Assembly (NCBI GenBank): GCA_965199955.1
Contig: CBDATQ010000001.1
Coordinates: forward strand, 832,001-896,000
From: Spirochaetia bacterium
Lineage (GTDB): Bacteria; Spirochaetota; Spirochaetia; SZUA-6; Bin103
Direction: 5' to 3'
DNA: 64,000 nt
The notes under the pieces are model-generated. The model saw only the letters and a list, made by a program, of their open reading frames with translations. It had not been told where the DNA came from and ran no database searches. The translations under genes were made by a program, and so were the position numbers. This document shows, piece after piece, positions 48,158 to 58,224 of this stretch (positions within the stretch are counted from its first letter, which is position 1; every line of letters starts with the position of its first letter).

Positions 48158-50310
48158 GGGCTGACGAACGGCGCGTCGCGGAGGCGACCTACGCCGGCGT
48201 GCTCGGCAAGATGATCGGCGTCTACCTCGGACGGCCGGTCGAGGGGTGGGCGTACGACGCGATCCGGGAGCGCTTCGGCGAGGTGGACCGCTATGTGCAC
48301 GAGCCGCTGGAGCAGCCGCTGGTGGTGGCCGACGACGACTTGTCCGGCAGCTTCGGCTTCTTCCGCGCGATGGAGCAGCGAGGCGATTCTGGCGAGGTCA
48401 CGGCGGCCGACTTCGGCGACACCTGGCTCAACACCATCATCGAGGACCGGACCATCCTCTGGTGGGGCGGACTCGGCCGCTCCACCGAGCACACGGCCTA
48501 TCTGCGCCTGAAGGCGGGCTACCGCGCCCCGCAGAGCGGGAGCTGCGCCCTCAACGGGCCGATGCTCGCCACCCAGATCGGCGCGCAGATCTTCACCGAC
48601 CCGCTGGCGCTCATGTCGCCCGGCGACCCGGGGCAGGCGGCGGCGCTGATCCGCAAGGCGGCGTCGGTGAGTCACGACGGGATGGCGCTCGACTGCGCCG
48701 CCTACCTGGGGGCGCTGCAGGCGCTGGCCTTCGAGCACCGCTCGCTGGACGCGCTGCTGGACGCGGCCGAGCCCTTCGCGGCCGGCGACCAGCTCCGCCG
48801 GCTGCTGGACGACGTGCGCGGCATCTGCGCCCGCCAGGACGACTGGCGCCGGATACGGGAGTGGCTGGATCCCCGCTACGGTTACGGCGTCTTCGCCGGG
48901 CCGTGCCCGATCCAGACCAACCACGCGATGGTGCTGGCCGCCCTGCTGCTCGGCGGTGACGACTTCCGCCGCGCCGTGACCATCGGCGCCTCCGCCGGCT
49001 ACGACACCGACTGCAACGCCGGCAGCGTCGGCTGCCTGAACGGCGTGCGATTGGGCCTGGCGTCGATCCCCGCCGACCTGCGGGAGCCGGTTGCGGACCG
49101 CCTGCTGGTGGTGACCGCCGAGGGCGGCCGCTGCGTGAGCGATGCCGTGCTGGAGACGCGCCGGATCCTGCGTGCCGGCGCAGCCAACCGGGACGACCAG
49201 GAGCCGCAGCCCCGCTTCGGCTTCGAGCTCCCAGGAGCCCGGCAGGGCTTCGCAACCTGCCCGCACGCCCCTCCCGGCGCCGCGCCGGTCCGAGTGGCCG
49301 GCAGCGATGAGCAAGGCGTCCTGCTCCACTACCGCGACCTCGCCGCTTCGACTGTCGGCCGCGTTTCGACGCCGGTCTTCCTGGACTTCGACGAGGTGGC
49401 GGACAACTTCTCGACCCATGCCAGCCCCACGCTGTACGCCACGCAGGAGGTGGTAGCGTGCGTGCAGGCCCCGGACCCTGCCGCCGGATCTCTTCCGAAC
49501 GCAGCCCTGTACGCGCTCTCCTACAACGCAGCCGACCGCGTGCAGGAGCTGCGCTCGCCCGGGCAGCCGTTGCGCGCCGGCGCCAACACGCTGCGCTGGC
49601 GGGTGCCCGCGAACGGCGGCATGCCGCTGTTCCGTCTCGGCCTGGAGTTGACGGCGCCGTCCGGGGCGCAGATCCCGTTGGCCGGGTCGCTGAGGTTGCT
49701 GAGCGTGGACTGGGACGGCGCTCCGCACGACTTCCGGCAGAGCGGCATGCTGATGTCCTCGATCTGGAACCTGCGTCCCCACTGGCTGCGTGCGTGGGTG
49801 AGCGCGGCCCGCGAGTTCGCGCCCGACTTCGAGCTCACCTACTGCATCTCGCACAGCGCCGCGAATGGCCTGGTGACCCTCGGCACCCGCGCGTGGCGCG
49901 ACTACGCCGTGGAGACCGGCCTCCGCTTCAGCCTGCACCGCTCGGGCGGCCTGGTGCTGCGCGCCCGCGGCCTGCGGCGCTACTACGCCGCCCTGTTCTC
50001 GGGCGGCGACCGGCTCGCCATCGTCGCCCGTCAGGACGATGCCGTTCACACCCTCGCGCAGACCGCCTTTCCCTACGAGATGGAGCGTCTGCACGCGTTG
50101 CGCTTCGCCGCCACCGGCGACCGCCTCTCGCTCACGGTGGACGAAGCCCCCCTGCTCGAAGCGCGTGACGATCGCTACTCGAGCGGCGGCGCCGGTTTCG
50201 TGATCGACGAGGGCACCATGATCGCCGACGGCTTCCGCGTCCGCCGCTGCGATCCGCAGCCCGTGGCCGGCGTCAGCCCTTCGGGGGCGACTTCAGCAGG
50301 CGGTCGATGA
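48154..50310 (+). CDS. ADP-ribosylglycohydrolase family protein (tandem paralog)
   Basis: GKMIGVYLGRPVEGW, ADDDLSG, SVSHDG, GYDTDCNAG; same architecture as the upstream gene, GTGA overlap. Confidence 0.85.
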   Translation: MRADERRVAEATYAGVLGKMIGVYLGRPVEGWAYDAIRERFGEVDRYVHEPLEQPLVVADDDLSGSFGFFRAMEQRGDSGEVTAADFGDTWLNTIIEDRTILWWGGLGRSTEHTAYLRLKAGYRAPQSGSCALNGPMLATQIGAQIFTDPLALMSPGDPGQAAALIRKAASVSHDGMALDCAAYLGALQALAFEHRSLDALLDAAEPFAAGDQLRRLLDDVRGICARQDDWRRIREWLDPRYGYGVFAGPCPIQTNHAMVLAALLLGGDDFRRAVTIGASAGYDTDCNAGSVGCLNGVRLGLASIPADLREPVADRLLVVTAEGGRCVSDAVLETRRILRAGAANRDDQEPQPRFGFELPGARQGFATCPHAPPGAAPVRVAGSDEQGVLLHYRDLAASTVGRVSTPVFLDFDEVADNFSTHASPTLYATQEVVACVQAPDPAAGSLPNAALYALSYNAADRVQELRSPGQPLRAGANTLRWRVPANGGMPLFRLGLELTAPSGAQIPLAGSLRLLSVDWDGAPHDFRQSGMLMSSIWNLRPHWLRAWVSAAREFAPDFELTYCISHSAANGLVTLGTRAWRDYAVETGLRFSLHRSGGLVLRARGLRRYYAALFSGGDRLAIVARQDDAVHTLAQTAFPYEMERLHALRFAATGDRLSLTVDEAPLLEARDDRYSSGGAGFVIDEGTMIADGFRVRRCDPQPVAGVSPSGATSAGGR

Positions 50311-50494
50311 GGACGAAGGCGAGCGCGGCGCGCTCGTTGCGTGACAGGTCCTGCTCCAGCCCCTCGAGGGCGGCCCGGATCCGCGGACCGCTGTCAGGAT
50401 CGGCGTCGGCCAGCTCGAACGCCCGCTCGAGCTGGGCTTGGTTGATGCAGTAGACGGAATCGCCGCCGGTCAGGTCGACCGGCTGCACTGCCAT
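50273..50494 (-). CDS. Hypothetical protein (73 aa)
   Basis: Coding-like codon usage, directly downstream of the iscA-like gene. Confidence 0.6.
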   Translation of the reverse strand: MAVQPVDLTGGDSVYCINQAQLERAFELADADPDSGPRIRAALEGLEQDLSRNERAALAFVLIDRLLKSPPKG

Positions 50495-50519
50495 ACCGTG
50501 CCGATCCCCGCGTCAGCCG

Positions 50520-50864
50520 CTACAGGGCGAAGCTGGCCCCGCAACCGCACGCCTTGGTGGCGTTCGGATTGCTGAAGCGGAAGCCCATGCTCACCAGGTC
50601 GTCGGAATAGTCGACGTCGAGATGGTGCAGGTGCCCGGCGCTGTTGCGGTCCGCCATGAGGGTGATCCCGTCCTGGTCGTAGACCACGACGTCGAACGGC
50701 GTGCGGGTCTCGTCCATGGACGCCTGGTAGGTCATGCCGGAGCAGCCGCCCTCGGTGACCCAGAGGCGCAGAAACCCGTTGTCCGACGCGAGCCTGCGGA
50801 TCTCTTCCCTGGCCCGTTCGCTGATGGAGACCGAGTAGGGCGCGGTGGCCGTCGCGTCACTCAT
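50520..50864 (-). CDS. iscA: HesB/IscA family Fe-S cluster assembly accessory protein
   Basis: GGCSGMTY, GFRFSNPNA, CGCGASF. Confidence 0.92.
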   Translation of the reverse strand: MSDATATAPYSVSISERAREEIRRLASDNGFLRLWVTEGGCSGMTYQASMDETRTPFDVVVYDQDGITLMADRNSAGHLHHLDVDYSDDLVSMGFRFSNPNATKACGCGASFAL

Positions 50865-50868
50865 CGCC

Positions 50869-51021
50869 TCACAGCGTACGCCCGCGGGCCGAGAAGATCA
50901 ACGCTTCGCACGTGAGACAGGGCGCGGTCACTCTGCCCGCGACGCTGATCGCCCACTCATGATGGGTGTCGCGGGCGTTGGCGAACGCGACCAGGAAGCC
51001 GGTGTCGACGATCCCTCTCAC
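50869..51021 (-). pseudogene. Truncated PIN-domain toxin (N-terminal 40 aa)
   Basis: VRGIVDTGFLVAFANARDTHHEWAISVA...LTCEA, then unrelated sequence and stop; GTGA overlap with upstream antitoxin remnant. Confidence 0.7.
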
Positions 51022-51150
51022 GAGTCGGAGAACCCCTTTCTGGTCGAGAGGTTCGGTGCCATACGGACCGATCCGGCCAGGCGCATGAATCGCCGCGCCT
51101 GAGTATCCTCTCGGCGCGCCTTCTCCAACTGGTCACGGATCAACCGCAGC
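51018..51150 (-). pseudogene. Antitoxin remnant (C-terminal half of a CopG/RHH-type antitoxin)
   Basis: LIRDQLEKAR...FMRLAGSVR...LSTRKGFS; DNA-binding N-terminus not recognisable. Confidence 0.5.
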
Positions 51151-51253
51151 GTGCAGTCTGCCCGGCAGGCCGCGAAACGCGCCAGCTTCTCATCGGCCGC
51201 GCGCATGCGTATGATCTGGGGCAACGTACGCAACCACTTACGGTGAGGGACCG

Positions 51254-51598
51254 ATGATCAGCAACGCAGACCTGAGCAAGGCACAGACGATCGAGAACCC
51301 CGAGGGCATCTTCCGCACCACCCTGTCGTTCGGGGACGAATCGATGCTCTGCCACTTCAAGATGACCAAGGGCTCGCGCATCCCGCTGCACAACCACGTG
51401 GCGGTGCAGAACGGTTTCGTCATCCGGGGCAAGCTGAAGTTCCACAAGGGGCAGGAGGGCAACACGTTCATCGCCGAGGCCGGCTCCAGCTATTTCTTCG
51501 CATCCGAGGAGTTCCACGGCTGCGAGGTGCTGGAGGACACCGAGGCGGTGGAGTGCTTCTCGCCCATGCGCCCGGAGTACGCTCCGGACGCGAACTGA
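51254..51598 (+). CDS. Cupin domain protein
   Basis: IPLHNH..Q.GFVIRG, EFHGC, VECFSPMRPEY. Confidence 0.85.
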   Translation: MISNADLSKAQTIENPEGIFRTTLSFGDESMLCHFKMTKGSRIPLHNHVAVQNGFVIRGKLKFHKGQEGNTFIAEAGSSYFFASEEFHGCEVLEDTEAVECFSPMRPEYAPDAN

Positions 51599-51622
51599 GC
51601 CCGCGGTGGCGGTGGAGCGGAC

Positions 51623-52030
51623 ATGCCGTGCAGCGACCAGACCGAGCTGCTGACCCTGGAGCTCGATAGCCAGGACCGCATCCGCAGCTTCGCGCTCGAC
51701 AAGCGCACCTGCCACCAGCCGGTCGGCGGCGCCGCGTTGCTGCCGGTCATCCGCGACATGCCGGCCCGCGCGCTGCTCTCCGCGCCAGCCGACGACCTGA
51801 TCGATCCCCGGGTGGATGACGTGCAGGCGTTCATGCTGACCAAGCAGCTCTTCGCGCTGCAGGGGGCGATCGAGGTCCTGTACGGCCTGCCCGAGAACGG
51901 CCATCCGCAGGCGTTCGAGCTGCACGAGCTGGAACATGACGCTGACGGGACCCGGCTCGCCGGCGAGATCGCGATCAACATCATCGCGGAGCAGATCAGC
52001 TCCTGCGGCGGCTGCCGCTGCTCGTTGTAG
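51623..52030 (+). CDS. Hypothetical Cys-rich protein
   Basis: MPCSD..., KRTC, C-terminal CGGCRC; coding-like codon usage. Confidence 0.75.
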   Translation: MPCSDQTELLTLELDSQDRIRSFALDKRTCHQPVGGAALLPVIRDMPARALLSAPADDLIDPRVDDVQAFMLTKQLFALQGAIEVLYGLPENGHPQAFELHELEHDADGTRLAGEIAINIIAEQISSCGGCRCSL

Positions 52031-52096
52031 CGCCCCAAGGCCGTCGCCCAGGGCTCCGCTCATGGCCCATCCCCACCTTGCGCTTCGCTCGTGGTC

Positions 52097-53221
52097 ATGG
52101 GCGACCTGGACCTGATCCGAGACGCCGCGGGGCAGGTCGGGGTGGACCTCCTCGGGATCACCGAGCCGCGCGGCTCGAAGGCGGCCCAGCGCCGCTTCGA
52201 GCGCTGGATCGAGCTCGACCGTCACGGCGAGATGCGCTACCTGGAGCGCCACGCGCCGGCCAAGACCGACGCCACCACGCTGCTTGCCGACTGCGCCTCC
52301 GTGATCGTGGTCGGGCTGAGCTACAACCGCCGACGGTCCTGCGGGTCGCACCCGGAGGCGCTCGCGGCGATGGAGCCGGCAACCGCGTCCGTGCCGGGCG
52401 GCCCGCGTGCCGCTGCCGGCCGCGTCGGCATGTATGCGTGGGGGCGCGACTACCACCGCGTGCTGCGCGGCAAGCTGCGCGATCTGATCCGGAAGCTGCA
52501 GGAGGAACTGCCGGGCGAGCGCTTCCTGTGGGGCGCCGACGCCACGCCGCTGCTGGAGACACACTACGCTGCCCGCGCCGGCCTGGGCTTCCAGGGCAAG
52601 CACACGCTGCTGATCCATCGCACGCTCGGGAGCTGGTTCGTGATCGGCGAGGTGCTGACCACCGCGTGGTTGCCGGCGACGGCCCCGGAGCCGGCGGCTG
52701 GCCGGCGGTCGCGCTGCGGCACGGCCTGCAACCACTGCCGCGACGTCTGCCCGACGGGCGCGCTGGACGACGAGTGGCGGATCGACGCGCGCCGCTGCAT
52801 CTCCTATCTGACCATCGAGCACCAGGGATCGATCCCGGTCGAGCTGCGGCCGCTGATCGGCGACTGGCTGTTCGGCTGCGATCTCTGTCAGGAGGCATGT
52901 CCGTGGAACGTGCGCGCCGCGCCGACCGGGGAGCCGGACTTCACTGCCGACCGTGCCGGGCCGACGGTCGACGTGGCCGAGGTGCTGGCGATCGAGGATC
53001 ACGACCAACTCGCCGCCCGGTTCGCCGGCACGCCGTTGATGCGCGCCGGCCGCCGCGGCCTGGTGCGCAACGCCTGCGTGGTCGCAGCCAACCTGGGTGC
53101 GCACCACCTTCTGGACAGGCTGCAGACCCTGACCGCCGACGGCGACGCGGTGGTCGCCGAGCACGCGCGCTGGGCGTGTGACCGCCTGCGCGCGGCTCCG
53201 GCCGCGGGAGCGTCCCTGTGA
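52097..53221 (+). CDS. queG: Epoxyqueuosine reductase
   Basis: HGEMRYL, YAWGRDYH, AGLGFQGK, CGTACNHCRDVCPTGA, CISYLTIE, GCDLCQEACPWN. Confidence 0.93.
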   Translation: MGDLDLIRDAAGQVGVDLLGITEPRGSKAAQRRFERWIELDRHGEMRYLERHAPAKTDATTLLADCASVIVVGLSYNRRRSCGSHPEALAAMEPATASVPGGPRAAAGRVGMYAWGRDYHRVLRGKLRDLIRKLQEELPGERFLWGADATPLLETHYAARAGLGFQGKHTLLIHRTLGSWFVIGEVLTTAWLPATAPEPAAGRRSRCGTACNHCRDVCPTGALDDEWRIDARRCISYLTIEHQGSIPVELRPLIGDWLFGCDLCQEACPWNVRAAPTGEPDFTADRAGPTVDVAEVLAIEDHDQLAARFAGTPLMRAGRRGLVRNACVVAANLGAHHLLDRLQTLTADGDAVVAEHARWACDRLRAAPAAGASL

Positions 53222-54587
53222 GCGCCGCGGTGCCCGCCCGGGAGACCGTGGTCGCGGTCGCCACGCCGCCCGGCACCGGGGCGCTGGCGATCGTCCGGCT
53301 GACCGGTCCGCAGGCGATTGCGGCGGTGGCCGCCTGCTTCCGCGGCGCGGACCTCCGGCAGGTCGCCTCGCACACCGCCCACCACGGCTACATCGTCGTC
53401 GGCGACGAACCGGTGGACGACGTGGTGGTCACCGTGTTCCGCGCGCCGCGCTCCTACACCGGCGAGGACTGCGTGGAGATCACCTGTCACGGCAACCCGC
53501 TGCTGGCCGCGCGCATCGTCGACACGCTGATGGCCGGCGATCCGTCCGTCGCAGCCGCCGGCCCGGGCGAGTTCACCAAGCGCGCCTTTCTCTCCGGCAA
53601 GCTCGACCTCTCGCAGGCGGAGGCCGTGGCCGACCTGATCCGAGGCTCGGCCGACACCGCCTTGCGCGGCGCGCGCGCCCGCCTGGACGGCGCCATGGCG
53701 GCGGCGGTCGAGCCGATCCGCGGGGGGGTGCTGGACGCGCTGAGTGAGCTCGAGGTGGAACTGGACTTCGCGGAAGAGGAGGGCGACCTGGTCGATCGCA
53801 AGGCGGTACGCGCTCATCTGGAGACGGTCGCCGAGCTGCTGGCGCGTGCGGCGGAGGACCCGCTGCACGCCGAGTTGCCGTACGACGGTGTCAACGCCGC
53901 CATTCTCGGGCCGCCCAACGTGGGCAAGTCGTCGATCCTCAACCGGCTGGCCGGCAGCGAGCGGGCCATCGTCGACGCCGCCCCCGGCACCACCCGCGAT
54001 GTGATCAGGGAGGACCTGTCCATCGCCGGCATGCACGTCCGGCTGGTCGACACCGCCGGAATCCGCGCGGGGACGAGCGGCGTCGAGCGGACCGGCATCG
54101 AGCGCACGCGGGAGGCGGCGGCGCAGGCCGACGTGGCGATCCTGGTCGGCGACGCCCGCACCGGCTTGTCGTCCGAGGTGCGGGCGGAAGTGGAGGCGCT
54201 GATCCCCGCCGCGCGACTGATCCCGGTGCTCAACAAGGCCGACCTGCTGAACGGGACGCCGCCCGCTCCGCCGCTCGACGGCGCGCTGCTGGTATCGGCG
54301 CGCACCGGCGCCGGCGTCCCGGAGCTGGCGTCGGCCGTGCGCGACCGGGCGGCCGGGGTCGACTACACCGAGCGCGGCGCCGCGGTGGCCGGCGCCCGCC
54401 ATCGCCGCGCCCTGCGGGATGCACTGGCCGAGGTCGAAACCGCGCGGCGGCTGCTCGCCGCCCGCACGGAAGCGGAGCTGGTCGCCGTGCACCTGCGCGC
54501 CGCGACCCTCTGTCTGCACGAGATCCTGGGCGTGGTGACCACCGACGACATCCTGAACCGCATCTTCTCGCGATTCTGCATCGGCAA

Positions 54588-54591
<4 letters not shown>
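53218..54591 (+). CDS. mnmE: tRNA modification GTPase MnmE
   Basis: SYTGED, GEFTKRAF, GPPNVGKSS, GTTRD, DTAG, NKAD, FCIGK. Confidence 0.96.
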
Positions 54592-56504
<1,913 letters not shown>

Positions 56505-56520
56505 CGCAGTCTTCCCCATC

Positions 56521-57159
56521 GTGCCGAACCATGAGCTGATCGCCCGCCGCGACCTTTCGCCGAGCGCTTACGTGCTGCGCATCGAGCGTGGGGAGATGCA
56601 GTTCACTCCCGGGCAATACATCACCGTGGGCGCGGCCGGCGATGTCGAGTCGCGGGAGTACTCCGTGTACTCCGGCGCCGGAGACCCCTACCTAGAGGTG
56701 CTGATCAAGGAGGTGTCCGGCGGCTCCGTCTCCCGCCGACTGCGACGCCTGCCGTCCGGCAGCCCGCTGGCCGTGGAAGGGCCCTTCGGCTTCTTCACCG
56801 TCGCCGCCGAGCACGCGCGCGGCCCCGTCCTGTTCGTGGCGTCCGGCACCGGCATCGCGCCGTTCCGGGCGATGGTGCGCAGCGATCCCGCGCTGGACTA
56901 CCTGCTGCTGCACGGGGTGCGAACGCTCGACGACTGCTACGAGACCGAGGCGTATGCGGCCGACCGGTACGTTCCGTGCGTGAGCCGCGGTTCGGGCGGG
57001 TACCGGGGCCACGTCACCGACTACCTGCGCGAGCACCCGGTCGCGGCGTCTACCCCCTGCTTCCTGTGCGGCAACAGCGCCATGATCTTTGCCGCCTTCG
57101 ACCTCCTCAAGCGGCAGGGCGTCCCCAGCGAGCATCTGTTCGCGGAGGTGTATTTCTAG
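56521..57159 (+). CDS. Ferredoxin--NADP+ reductase-like FAD/NAD-binding oxidoreductase
   Basis: FTPGQY, REYS, GPFG, SGTGIAPF, LCGN, C-terminal EVYF. Confidence 0.88.
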   Translation: MPNHELIARRDLSPSAYVLRIERGEMQFTPGQYITVGAAGDVESREYSVYSGAGDPYLEVLIKEVSGGSVSRRLRRLPSGSPLAVEGPFGFFTVAAEHARGPVLFVASGTGIAPFRAMVRSDPALDYLLLHGVRTLDDCYETEAYAADRYVPCVSRGSGGYRGHVTDYLREHPVAASTPCFLCGNSAMIFAAFDLLKRQGVPSEHLFAEVYF

Positions 57160-57415
57160 CCCGAAGTTCCGGAGCGTGAATCTCTCGTAACTTCATTGAC
57201 AGAAATTATTTGCAAGGTGATCAACGTGCTGACTGGCGTCGTTTCGTGTCCATGTAGTCGGGGGTGAATAGCGGCGAAGGACATGCTATCTGATCTTTAC
57301 ATATCGTGATTTGGGTGCATGCTGTTGCCACAGATCGGTAGTCAGGTACATCGAGTCCGTCCCCAACCGCTCCTCTCCCCCTGCCATCCTGCTCCGCGAG
57401 TCCTGCCGCGAGCAC
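57160..57415 (+). mobile_element. IS1634-family remnant: left end and first ~24 transposase codons
   Basis: CTAG|CCCGAAGTTCC end, AT-rich leader, then (R)YIESVPNRSSPPAILLRESCREH matching the IS1634 transposase N-terminus; start ATG appears mutated to AGG (57344). Confidence 0.65.
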
Positions 57416-57587
57416 GCTGCATCTCCCGCAGCGTGCTGCCGCGCAGCACCTGGTCGCCGCCGGCCGGTCCGTACCCGACGGCCAGCGTAGGATCGTCGGG
57501 ATGCGGCGCCCGGACCAGCGTGTCGCGCATGCCGAGGGGGGCCAGGATGCGCTGCTGCACGAAGTCCTCGGATGCCTGACCGGACAT
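57415..57587 (-). pseudogene. Serine hydrolase (beta-lactamase family) scraps
   Basis: SGQASEDFVQQRILAPLGMRDT...LAVGY joined directly to GGDQVLRGSTLREMQR, motifs normally far apart. Confidence 0.6.
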
Positions 57588-57624
57588 CGCATGATTGTGT
57601 TTCGCATGCAATATTCAAGTAGAG

Positions 57625-57720
57625 GTGACGGAATACACGAGATTGCTGCAGTTGCGGACCCATCCACCGGCAACGTTCTTCCTCTGGGGACCGCGGCAGA
57701 CGGGCAAGAGCACCCTGCAC
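57625..57720 (+). pseudogene. AAA+ ATPase (AAA_14/DUF4143-type) N-terminal fragment
   Basis: VTEYTRLLQL...TFFLWGPRQTGKSTL Walker A, then cut by IS sequence. Confidence 0.65.
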
Positions 57721-58224
57721 TGGCTGGCACCGTTTCGCCGTCGAACACGCGTCGCTTCGTCTGATCCACCACCCGCGCGACCAGCTCCAGGCAGGCGCCC
57801 ATCTCGGCACACCAACTCCCGGCCCACTGATCAGTTACGCAACACACGCGCGCTCGCGCCGCTGTCGCATAGCCGATCGTCTGCGCCACCAGCCTCAGCA
57901 GCCGCCGATAGGTGGCCGCCCGCCGCCGCGCACCGCGCCCCGAGCGGATCTCCTGCTCGCGTCGCTTGGCAGCGCGGCAGTGGTCGCAAGACGACACCCA
58001 CGGCAGGTGCCCACCCGCCTGTCGCAGCAACCACGTCAGCACCCGCACGCCGTCGATGCTTCTCCAGGCCTCCGCGTCGATCGCCTTGATGCCGGCGTGC
58101 AACGCCGGCTTTTTCGGCACCTCGTGCGGATCGATGATGACCGAAACACCGTTTCTTTGTCCGCCCCTTTCAGGCCCTCAACTCGAACCTGTTCAACGAG
58201 TTGTGAGTTTGCGGACAGGAACTA
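57721..58224 (-). mobile_element. ISNCY/IS5-like transposase remnant with left end
   Basis: Minus-strand end TAGTTCCTGTCCGCAAAC; PKKPALHAGIKAIDAEAW / DGVRVL...DHCRAAKRR...YRRLL...RVVDQTKRRVFDGETVPA. Confidence 0.65.

Noticed and set aside
57221..58120. 299-aa ORF as an intact transposase
   Set aside because: Only the first ~130 aa are transposase-like, with an internal gap and no catalytic C-terminal region; the remainder is read-through across unrelated scraps
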